64,000 bases of DNA from Penicillus capitatus (taxonomy: Eukaryota > Plantae > Chlorophyta). Location: NCBI GenBank assembly GCA_965649825.1, contig OZ287705.1, forward strand, positions 248,001 to 312,000, read 5' to 3'. Each line of letters opens with the position of its first letter. Positions within the stretch are counted from its first letter, which is position 1. The translations under genes and the position numbers were made by a program. Below the pieces are notes generated by a model. It ran no database searches. It had not been told where the DNA came from and saw only the letters and a program-made list of their open reading frames with translations. Positions 21,307-32,240 of this stretch are shown piece after piece.

Positions 21307-24300
21307 TCAGGGAAGCAAGTCCGCGCTCTCGCTTCTGCGCAGCTTGCATGGGTGATCAACGTCCGGATCGTTTTCCACGGATAGCCCTCCAGCGAAGCTC
21401 TTGCATCTGCGCAGTTTTGAGGTGTTCACATCGACCGATGCATCGGAGATGGGGATCTGTTCGACAGCGCTCTTGCACCTGCGCAGTCGGGAAGGGACCT
21501 TGTCATCCAACACCTCCTCGATAGCAATCTGTTCCAGATCTTCGTCGTACATGAGACTCTCTGTCGTCCTTCTAACGGCCGTTTCTGACGGCGGCAACTC
21601 TCTGGCGAGCATGGCGCTCTTGCATCGGCGCATTCCTAGACTCTTTCTCTCGTCCAAGTTGTCTTTCATGACGATCCGATCCACCACTTCTCGACACACC
21701 GGGCACCTGATCGCCTTCCCTGTGCGCAGATTGTCCTTCAACACGCTCAGCGCACAAGTGTTGCAGTAGCACTTGTGTCTCCTGGTGTAGCAGCATACGA
21801 CATTAGAATGGATAGTAGGAATTGCTCTTACGTGTCTCCATGGACGGCAGAGCATGTGGGGATTTCTGCTTCTTGGTCAGGATTTGTTGCCTTGGACGAT
21901 GCACCTTTGTTTTTCTTTGTAAAAACTCCTGTCTTGCTGTTTTCTTTCTTTCCCTTGGGAGCAAAAGTTTTTGTTGTCTGTGGACGGTCTGTTGCCTTGG
22001 TGGCCTGTCCCTTCTCCTTTGCGGTTGAACCTTTAGTCTGCTGCGTGTAGTCTGCTGACTTGCTAGCATCTTCCTTCGCATCGGGAGCAGAGTTCTTTGT
22101 TTTTCGTGTGCGGTCGGTTGCCTTGGTGCTCTCTTCCTTTGTCTTTGAGGTTAAACTCTTGGGTTTCTGTGTGTTGTCTGCTGACTTGCTAGCTTCTCCT
22201 CTCGTCATAGAGGTTGAACCTTCAGTCTTCTCTGTGTTATTTGCCGACTTGCAAGCTGTTTCTTTTGCTTTGGAGGTTGAGCCTTTGGTCTTCTGCCTTT
22301 GTTCTGCTGCCTTGATGGCCTTTTTCTTCACCTTGCAGGGCAGGCACTCCTTGATCTCTGCTTCGACAGTTCTTGGCTTCCAAGGAGCGGCGTTCATGAT
22401 GACGCGATCGACTTGCTTACGGCAGAATGGGAAAGGACACACACGTGTTTCCCCGCCCTTCAACTTCCTGACGATCCTCTTGTTACAGCCCTCGATGCAG
22501 TAGCACAGATGCCTGTTGCAGCAATGTTGAAGTGCAACAACACAGTTCGTCAGACGAGAAGAGACGCACCTGCTTTCAAGATCGTTGTCTAGGGACGTTT
22601 GGCAGAACGGACATCGTTTATCCCATGAAAACGTTGCACTCTCACATCTGCGCAGCAGCGGGACTTGTGGTAGAGTCCATGTGTCCACGAAAACAGTCTG
22701 ATTGGATGGCGCCTGTTGGATTGGATTCTCGACGGTACTGTATGCCTTGACCGCCTCATGTAGCTTATTGTAAGCAAACAGGGCCTTCTTATACGTACGG
22801 TTCGTTAAGTCTCCCCACCATGTGATCTGTTTGGCTTTAGCAACGGTCTGACTCATCGACTGCCGGTGTCGTGGGATCTCAGACTCACTTTTTCCCAACA
22901 ACTCCTCTGTTATTTTTTCTAAAGCGCACATTGCTTCCTCACACAATCCCAGCATTGAGTACGTCTTCAGGTTCTGTTCGGCTTCCTTAACCGTCTGGCT
23001 CGATGGCTCTTCCTGAAGTTGGACCTCTGCTCCATCGTCGTCCATGATCGCATAAGCTAGTTTTCTAAAGACGGACAATGCTTCCACATATCTGCGCCGC
23101 GTTAAACTCCTCTGCGTGATCTGTCTTGTTTCGGCAACTGTCTGTCTGGATGACCCTTGATAACCTGGGACATTGGCGCTGTAAGCAGCTGGAGTTTTCT
23201 CCAGTAGCTTTCCTATTGCAGATATTGTTTCGTTATATCTGCGCACCACCAAGACTCTCTGCGTATTCCGTTTGTTTTCAGCATCGGTCTGGCTCGATGA
23301 CTCTCGTTCTACTGGGACCATAGCTCTACAAACGACAGAAATCTCCTCTTCCAGCATCTCTCGAACAGTCGCTGCGCTCTTGCATCTGCGCAAAGCGGGG
23401 ATTCGCTCATCGTCATCAGCATCTTCGACGACGATGCGGGCCGCCTCTCTCTGACACACTGGACACTTGTGCTTGCACTTCTTTTCAAGCACCTTCGCAA
23501 ATTCTTTGCACGCACAGAGCTGGCAGTAGCATGTGCATTCCCTATACATCAACGTGAGCAGAAACTCATTGACCGTTATGTGATCAGACGAGTATCTATG
23601 CAGCACTGAGCAGGTCGGACCGTCAGCACCACACACAAGGCATTCTGATGTCGTCTTCTTGCAGGTCGATATCTTCTTTGGGCCAGCCTTGCTGGCGACG
23701 CAGTCTTGAATAACTCTTCCTCTCAGTCTCCTGGCGAGCTCTTTGCCGCAATCCGTGCAGTAGCAGAGGTGTTTCCTGACACAGCATGATATTCGGTAGA
23801 ACGCGTGCTGAAGACATCGCTACGTGTTGCCGTGTCTGACGGCGCAGGTGGGATCGATGAAGCATGTGGGACATCGTTCGAAGTAGGGACCGTCGTTCGT
23901 GATGACTCTCTCCACCAACTTCTCGCACACAGGGCACTTGATCTCCTGCTCATCAAGCAGCGCCTCCTTCAGTTTCTTGGCGCATTTGGTGCAGTAGCAC
24001 AAATGCTTTCTGGGAGTTGGGCATTGGTGGGTCATGAATGAGGAAGGAGTGTCTTACGTGTTGCCGTGACGTACAGAGCACGTCGGGTCAATTCGGCAGT
24101 ACCCGCATTGCTTTACGTGATCGACATCGAGGAGGATAACTGTCGCAGTCAATGTGACCCAGCCCCTTTCCAGGAATCCGAGTGACTCGTCCGCCAACTG
24201 GTCACTCGTTAAGAACTTGCGAAAGCCGCAGCCTGTGTCTGCTTTAATGCTTCCGGCGAATTCTGTACAATCTCTTCAGCAATAAATGTTGACTGAATAC

Positions 24301-27300
24301 GATGCTGACTTTCAACTCTGTCTGCAGAAGTCTTCATTGTCGATTTGTGATTTAATGCGCGGAACTCATTTTTCACGCGAACAGAGTGATCTTGACAGTT
24401 CCGTAGGTAAAGACTGATGTTGTCGGAGTTCGAGGTATTTCCCTTCGGCTCAAGTACCAACCTCCTGCATAAACAAACTCGCATGTAGCTCGATAAGGGT
24501 GAACCCGGGAGATGTCGTATGTACCATTTAGTTTCTCTAATGGTGAAGATCTCCGAATACAATACTGATGGACATAGACTTGGCAGTCCCCTCAGCTTCC
24601 ACTACGGATACCAACTGTCAAAGTGCTTCGAAGGAGAAGTGGAATATACGGTGCATGTGGCTGTCTTTCGTTTGACTGAGACTGTCCAGCGCTCATTGTC
24701 CTGGAGCTTGAGTCTTATCTCTGCACGCACGCGGAAGAAGCCATTCTTCATGAATCCATTCCGCCAATCGTTCACTTCCGCAGCAGGGTAGAGTGAGAAG
24801 CCTAAATAGTCTTTGCACAAAGCAGGAAATAACTCTTCAAAGCATCCTTCAGATAAACACAATTTCGATAGGTTACTATCTGTAAGAAATCTACCACCTC
24901 CGAATTCACTCTTGGCATCTGCTTTATTCACGACGGTGAAAGCGATATGAGCCGTTGCCCTGGTCGTGCCCTCGTTCCACAGGAAAGCACAAAGGTTTCC
25001 ATCAAAGCGGTGCAAAATCTCCATACGCCTAAAAAGATCCACCGTCTTCAGGTAGGTCGTCGATGATCACTGATTTGACCATTCTCTGCCATCTAGATCG
25101 AACGGATTGGTACTTAAACTCACGTTCCTCGTCAGAAGCAATCTTCGTTGTACTCTACACTGTGAAAGAGAAGGAAAAGATTACTACGCAGAAGAGGTGA
25201 TGTTTGGCAGAAGAGACCTCGTATGTGGCGTAGTACTTGTACTTGTTCAAAACGGAAGTGTAAGGAATGCCATCGTCTTCTCCACTTCCCTCTGCACTCA
25301 GTGACCATCGAAGCAGAAGATAGACATCGTTTGAAGACAGACCTTCGACGCGCATCAGTTCGCGAGGATCAGGCTCCTTCCATCGACAAGGCACCCGCTC
25401 CCGAGGTCTTGATATGCGCCTGATCTCCTCATCGAACTCTGCTTCATCAAACAGCGTTATCTTGATTTCAAACACCGTCCAGCCATCTTTAACAAAGCCC
25501 AAGCCTTCGTTATCCAGCGGACGCGGAGTGGACAGATCGACTATTTCCCTTTCATCGTTCTGACGGATTACGTGATGGCAGCCTAAACTGTACTCTTTGA
25601 TGCAAGCGAGACACAAGAGACAGACGAACTTATCAATCTGACTTTCTTGCAGTCGTCCCAATGATTAAGAAGTTTGATTTCCAAAAACATTCGAATGAGT
25701 TTTTCTGTGCTCTGTTTTTGAATGGAAATGATCGGAAAGCTCCAACCAGTTATGCCGTTGGCATAAAAGAACACTTGCCTACTCACAAAGAAACTCCAAA
25801 CGGGCGCCGCGATACCTGGAAGACACTCACAATGCCGAGTGTCCAATTCTGATGGTTTCAGTGGCAACGTGCCATGGACTCATTTCTCTCAGGAATCTCG
25901 ACCTCCACTAAACTCCAGCTTTCATGTGAGACAATGCACCGAAACGTAGAATAAAGATACCTGACAGGTCGCAGTTTTCCCGTCCACGATGACCTCACAT
26001 GATTCATTGTTTTCTTGTTTCACTCTCATATCCAAACGAACAAGAAAATAGTCATCCCTCAGAGATCCATTCCCCGATGACGATATCTCGGCGTATGGAA
26101 GAAGTCTGGCTTCGTAACAGTCATCGATGCACGAAAACTCATGAAGAGATCCTAACAAAACACCACTCCGCCTCGAAGACTCTCCTGAATCCGTTTCCTT
26201 TACCGGTACGTTCGCTGCGATCGTCGTTGTAAGGATGCACCAACTCGAATCCAAACTGCACTTTAACTCGAGCTTCATTCTTCGATGAAAGACAAGCAGT
26301 GAGATATCCGTCTTCAGCGCGCTTCATTCCAATACACCTTGAATACGTCAGATCATTAGAAATACGAAACAGTGTCTTCTTTGCACCATAGTCGGTCTTC
26401 CACCTCGAACGCATTTGTCCAGATCTGTGAGGTACCATCACGCGGAAAGAATCGGTACACGAATAACTGTCCGAACACAAATTGCCACCGCAGTGAGATA
26501 GACATCTTGGATCTCTCACTTCATAGCGTGCGAACCACTCGTTTCTTGCCAGCCTGTAGCAATAATCGATTTCATCAACCCATCCAACGCCCCCTGTCGA
26601 AAGGTGATCCCAAGTGATTGCAGTTCTTAGAAATCTGTTGGTACTTTGATGTAGGACTCTAGTGCTACTATCGATTTGGGGAAGACGATGCCTCGAAAGT
26701 CGTCTGCAGAATCGAGGCACTGCTTTTTTTAAAGCCCGATGGTTAATCAGGCTGATCTTCATAGACATATTCAACCAACCATCCTCCATGATCGAAGAAA
26801 GGTCGTCCGCTAAATCCTTATCTCTGAGGTATCGGACCCATCCTTTAGCAGCGCCAGCGTTAATCTGCTCTGCAAACTCTAAACAGAGGGGTTAGAACAG
26901 ACCGATAACGGCGTAAAGAACTCGAGATGCGGTTGTCTGAAGAGGAACCTGTTATGAGGCTGATTTTACCCTTAAAACAAGCATTCGAGCTGCCCATATT
27001 CGCAATCAAAACGCTCAGACCATCTGCACCGAAACCGCCGCCTTCCTTGCATAGCCTCAACTCCCTGTGCAGTAGACATGAGATCCATTGTCACAGAACG
27101 AAAGGCTGCATTGTCCACAACTCACATGTCCTGGTCTCCGATTCTGAAGTGATCCGTTCTTACGACAGGTGGACTCATCTCCCATAGATATTTGACGTTC
27201 CACTGACACCATCCACTTTTCGGCGATTAAAAGGGCTTTCTTGTTACTTACTTCACACAACACTGTCCTTTTTCCAGGAAGAATCCTTCGCCGAATGGCA

Positions 27301-28654
27301 AATGTGGTAGATTCGTTTTCTGGACACCTAATCCTTAATTCCAATCGCAACATGAACCAGTCTTCTGTTAGGTATTCAAGTGAGATATCCTCGGCGGTCG
27401 ATGCCATACAGAAGGGATCGACCTCCTGGGGACTGCTATCTTGGTTCTGACGATCAAAGAACGACGCTGCAGGACACACACGTCTCTTCAATGTATTTAA
27501 CGACGTCATGCCTCTATACCTCTGACAAGATTCTTCCTTTCGTCTTCATGGTTGACGAGCGTGAATGAACAGTGAGCTTGGACCGGTGAAGACGTTGCTG
27601 ACTGTAAACCAACGACCAATTTCTGATTGCCTTGATGGTCGGCGAGAATTTTCCTGGCAGAGCAAAACGAATGAAGGCCGCCGGTCATTGCTCTCGACCT
27701 CACCATTCCTCGCCGCCGATGTCAAATATGTTGGACTCTATCTTCCGATTCTCCTCGTCGAAAATAGAACGGTGTACACGCCACTGCGGCAGAGAGGATG
27801 GTTAGGATTATGACAGCACAAACGAAGAAGGTTACTTCATAGACCCCATACCACAAATAACTGCTCAGAGTGAAAGAGTACTCCACTCCATTCGACGACC
27901 CGCGTCCCTCTGAAGCGTCGAGTCCTGGAACCGTAACTTGAGAAAGGACGAACCTGTAACTTGCATGAGGGGACGTTCAGACTCCATTCGAGAGACTGAA
28001 ATAACGCTGCGATGAAGCAGCGGTCGAAAAACAGGGAAAACAGGCAGTGTTCGCGAAGATTCACCGGAAAACTCTTCAAAACGTTTAAATGTGAAAATTG
28101 CTGACGTGACACTTGGTCCAATTGTCTCTGCCATGAAGCGGTGCCAGCGAGGACTTGAATCTGCAGAGAAGTGCTGACGGTAACGAAGACGAAACGCCAA
28201 GCGAAGAAGAACAGAGACTGGTCCCCTAGTGTCTTCCAAAAAAGACACAGTGCTCCGTGCAGATCGTGGGAGCATTCGGTGCATCGTCCGTCGTTCTGTT
28301 CAGAAACCACGAAACCATTCAAGTGTACAGGTCGAGCCGTTTGTTGCACATAGGCTTCCTTTCTCGGAACTCCAGGAGCGCTATCTTTGCGCACAATCCT
28401 GTATAGGCAGCGCATTGGGCACATCCCAGTTTGTCACTGGTCATTGCCTTCTAACTCATCTGCCATCAGATTGGCTTGAGCGATCTTGTTGGGAGAGAAT
28501 GAGGTGCTGTCGAAGATATCCTCCAATTTGCAATGGATTTTACCTGGTGAAATACGAATGAGATGTTCTCCAATCGCATTCCACAGAGAACCACGATGTC
28601 AAACGGTGTGAAAAGTAAGAGACCGACAGGCTGCTGTCTACCCTTGTTAACCAC
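21307..28654 (-). CDS. B1: multi-MATH/TRAF (6 domains) plus 5 MDM2-type RING modules; putative E3 ubiquitin ligase; 5' end unresolved
   Basis: Spliced frames give MATH signatures, e.g. ESNIFDIGGEEW-KI...FTLVNHEDERKN (27.8-27.5 kb) and WKLRGLPSLCPSVLYSEIFTIRETKW-RLVLEPKGNTSNSDNISLYL...GFLERGWVTLTATVIL (24.6-24.1 kb). The last MATH is followed directly by CGYCRIDPTCSVRHGNT-RKHLCYCTKCAKKLKE...CPVC. Introns of 44-57 nt recur at equivalent positions in each module, and I met no frame break at the junctions I checked. Confidence 0.85.
21872..22292 (-). repeat. Coding 63-bp (21-aa) Lys/Thr/Ser-rich tandem repeat in B1, 6 copies plus a partial
   Basis: KTKGSTSKAKETACKSANNTE / KTEGSTSMTRGEASKSADNTQ / KPKSLTSKTKEESTKATDRTR / KTKNSAPDAKEDASKSADYTQ / QTKGSTAKEKGQATKATDRPQ / TTKTFAPKGKKENSKTGVFTK. 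Confidence 0.85.
22694..23315 (-). repeat. Coding ~147-bp (49-aa) repeat in B1, 4 copies plus a partial
   Basis: Units begin PVERESSSQT, PGYQGSSRQT, QLQEEPSSQT, PRHRQSMSQT and PIQQAPSNQT at 49-50 aa spacing. Each of the four full units continues into an amphipathic helix (e.g. RRYVEALSVFRKLAYAI). Confidence 0.8.
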
Positions 28655-29896
28655 CGTCTCTGCTTATGCTACTGAATCTTGATTCCGCCTAGTCAGTCAG
28701 CGAGAGTGGGATCTGCAGGGAGGAGGGCAGCGTCTGGAACACATGATGGTGCAAAGCAATGGTAGCAGGCGCTTCTGTCATCCCATCTGTTGGCTCAGCG
28801 AACTGTATGCGTGGATGAGCGGTGACGATCAACACTAGAGATCGTCATCTGGTGGATTTGGCGCGTTGAGAAAAGGAAAATAAGTATCCAGACGAGCAAT
28901 CATATGTGTTCATCTGACACAGTCTCGAGCTGCATCCGTGCTTTCAACAACCTTGTGTGTTTCCCCAACTTCAGATGACAAACCAATTATGGACTTCATC
29001 ATCGAAAGCGATTCCTTATGTTCTGCCGATTTAGGTAAAATGATACGAACGCGCTGACGATGGAATCCGATTCGACCGATTGCCTCCCCGCGGTGCAGTC
29101 TTCGCTGATGACGACCTTTGCTGAGTTCTTCTTCTTCAACCACAGGACAACCGTTTTAACGGACTTCATGCATTTTCTCTGTGCCGTACGCCTTTCGCTC
29201 AGCTGACGGACAAACGTCAAGTCTCTGCGCTTCGATCAGCCGCCGCCCTCGTCGATCAGCAAAACTTCCCAGCGGTCTCGTCCACTTCTAGCTGCACAGA
29301 ATTGTCTTCGGGCTTAAGAGACGCAGACGAGGAAGAAAGGTTTATCCCATAACGGCACATTCACTGAGCTATCTACGGGGCATGCATTCTGGATGCAGAT
29401 ACACGGCCATGACAAGCCGAAACACAGAAGCAAAGAGGTCGCATGCGTCCCAACGCCATATACCTCACAACGTGCGCAGAATCGCCGTGTTAGTGACGTA
29501 CCAGGAATCGACGTCCGTTTTCGCTGTCGTCTTATCCATCGGTGTCCACTCGCCTCAAGTCCTCGTCAGACGCAATGATGATCTGTGAGAACTGTCCACT
29601 TCAGAATCTCCGGCGAAACGTTCGCGAACATGACTGACGTGACCGTATTGCGCAAGGAGAGCCACTTATCCTAGACAGCCAGCGTTTCGACTTCTCAGCA
29701 GTATCCGCACAAGTCGGCGGCACCTAATTATATAAGCGGGTTAATTTTGCACTACCGCGCACTTGTTTTCGTAATTGCTTTTCTCTGTAAATATGTCTTC
29801 CCTGAAAACCCCTTTCGAACAAAAGATATTTCCAAGTAAAAAGGCTGTTGCACAAGGCATTGACTGAACGAGAAATCCTCATGGTCCAGGGGACGA

Positions 29897-32069
29897 ATGG
29901 ACGACGCATGGTCGCAACGGTCGCTTCGCCGCCGACGGCTCAGGCAAGCAAGCCCCTTCAAACCCTTGCCGAACAAACAAACTGATAACGTGTTTGAAAA
30001 TGAAGGGATGGAACGCACGGAGCACGACGAACGGCACGCGCTGCTCTCTGGCTGCCTTACTTCGTCGACGGGATTGCTCCGCGAACTGCTGATTAGCTCT
30101 TCACACGAAGATGACCCTTCTGGCAGGTACACGAGCGCCGTCTGTCGTTTGAAGTAGACGGCTTGTGACGCTCGTGCTGCGTCTAGAGTGGAGGCGTGTC
30201 AGACAGGCGACCCGTTAGCTGTGCTAGAATCGCTCGCACCCGGATTCGTGTTCGCCCAGCGGTGACATCCATGGTATCATTTAAGTCCTTCTTTGTCATC
30301 CATCCTCTTGTCATTAGATATGAGATTCAGCGAGAGAGTGATAAACTGGAACCGCATCGTCGTTATGCCCACGACTGCAAGACAGGAAAGAACGTTGTTC
30401 TGAATTTTTTTGCAAGCCACTCGGATTTCGTGGAGTCCTGTCGAAATCACATCATCCTGCGGGGCGAAAAATGCATGAGCAGGTTGGGTCCTTTCATGCA
30501 ACGTCGCTGCGTAACTGTGTGAGTGTGTGCTAGCGTGGTGGATGCAATCGACAATCATCTGAACTTCCCGTCCTGCATCGTCGCCGAACGCGGCGACATG
30601 CTCCTCTCTGAAATGCTGTCGACCATGCTGGACTGTACAGCCGCCGAGCTCAAAGGCCAGCTCTCTTCGGTAAGCCCACATCAATGCCTCCCGGATCGAC
30701 ACAGTATCGCTTGCTTTAGATACTCCGAACTGTGGAGAGGCTTCACGGCAAAGGTTTCGTCCACGGAAGTCTACATCCCGATAACATCTCTTTCTTCTGT
30801 GCCGAAAATCGCTGGAGACTGATCGACACTGGAAGCATGGGGAAAAGCGGCCAACGATTCGTCGCGCTTCCAGCCGATGACAAGTATGCGGCACCGGAGA
30901 TCTCGGCGGCGAGGAAAGCAGGGACGACGCACATACGCCTGAATCCGACATCGGACATGTGGTCCTTTGGTCTCATCGCTTTCGAAGTCTTAACATGTAC
31001 GGACGCTATACCCCAACGATTCGAAGGTTTCGAGAATGCCTCTCTGCCGATTTCTAGGTTCGCGTATTCGTGACGTGGATGGCGTGCAGAACCTCGTGGA
31101 TCCTATTGCGGCAAGCTCCCTCTGTCAGCAAGTTACTCTGCGTCTCTTCGTCGGCATCAGAAAAAGCCCCGCGTTCAATCTGGATCCCCAGACGCAGCGG
31201 TTCCTGCATACTCTACTTCGCAGCCGAAGAAGCATTCGAGCTACAGCGTCTCGTGCCCAGAAGCTGCTCAACGCTCCGCACATTTTCCGTCCTTGGCCGC
31301 GCCTGGATCGGATTCTGGACGTACATCCGATGCAAGACCAATTGATGCAAAACGATTGAATTTGTTTCTGTAGATGCGAAAGCCCCATGCCACGATGACG
31401 GAATCCGACGTTTGCAGAGAGATCCTGTGTCAAATGCAGCAAAGTCGACTGACCTTCTCGATCAGGATCGAGGATTTCAAACCCTTCGAAGGAGAACCCG
31501 TCAATTCTGGAACGTTTCACAACGTTCGAGCAAAATCGACGCTGATGGCCCAAGACAGCCTCGTGAAGAAAGAATCCATCTATATACTCAACGCAAGAAC
31601 ACCGTACCGTCTGAAGATCGCGCTGGGCCAGCAAGATAGAGCCGAGAGCAAGATCGAACAGGTGACGGCTGTCTCCATCAAGACGCCAGAAGGGGAATTT
31701 GTCAAGCTCGAACACCGGACGGACGACTCTTCCAGCGACAACACAGTCTTGGCTTTCATTGATCCAGAGAGGGAAAGGGGTTTGGAGGCACTTCGACATC
31801 CATGTCGGTTGTTTGGCAACGTGGATGAGAGATTCATGCCCCTGACTGTGAAGATCGAGGTCGTGTTTGAAGGACAGCCGAAACCAGCAATCTTTGAGCT
31901 GCCCATCCGGTGCAGAGTGGTCCGGCACTGCAGAAGACTCCTTCGTCGAAGGGCGGCACGATTTCTGCAGGAGAGCGTGGCCAAACTGCCCACAACCGTT
32001 CGAAAGATTGGCAGAAACGCGATTCGATTCGTTAAAACTCTAACAAAGCATCTCGTTGGCCTGGGATGA
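29897..32069 (+). CDS. Pseudokinase A4 plus C-terminal beta-rich domain, head-to-head with B1
   Basis: ORFs 29897-30157, 30196-30522, 30523-30822, 30732-31073, 31036-31359 and 31374-32069 join through GT-AG introns of about 50-60 nt. Motifs VVLNFF (Lys to Asn), HGSLHPDN (Asp to Ser), LIDTG, YAAPE, DMWSFGLIAFE. Confidence 0.85.
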
Positions 32070-32155
32070 AGCTCGCTAATCGGTAGAACAGTAGAAGGAT
32101 CAAACTGGCCAGTCTGCGAAGGAGTGGAATTCACGTTTCTCGTTGGCATTCACCA

Positions 32156-32240
32156 CATCCTCCATCTCCAATGTATGTATTTTTATTGCATCCTCCAACT
32201 CCGGTGTGTGTATTTTTATTGCATCCTCGATCTGCAATGT
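32156..32240. repeat. 33-bp tandem repeat, about 2.6 copies, downstream of A4
   Basis: CATCCTCC...GTATTTTTATTG units start at 32156, 32189 and 32222. Confidence 0.8.

Noticed and set aside
30277-31928. Long antisense or alternative-frame ORFs over real genes (e.g. 30277-30951, 31125-31928, 55740-56156, 22060-22503)
   Set aside because: These are shadows of GC-rich coding sequence with no recognisable motifs, and they are not kept as equal-length frames in the paralogous copies.
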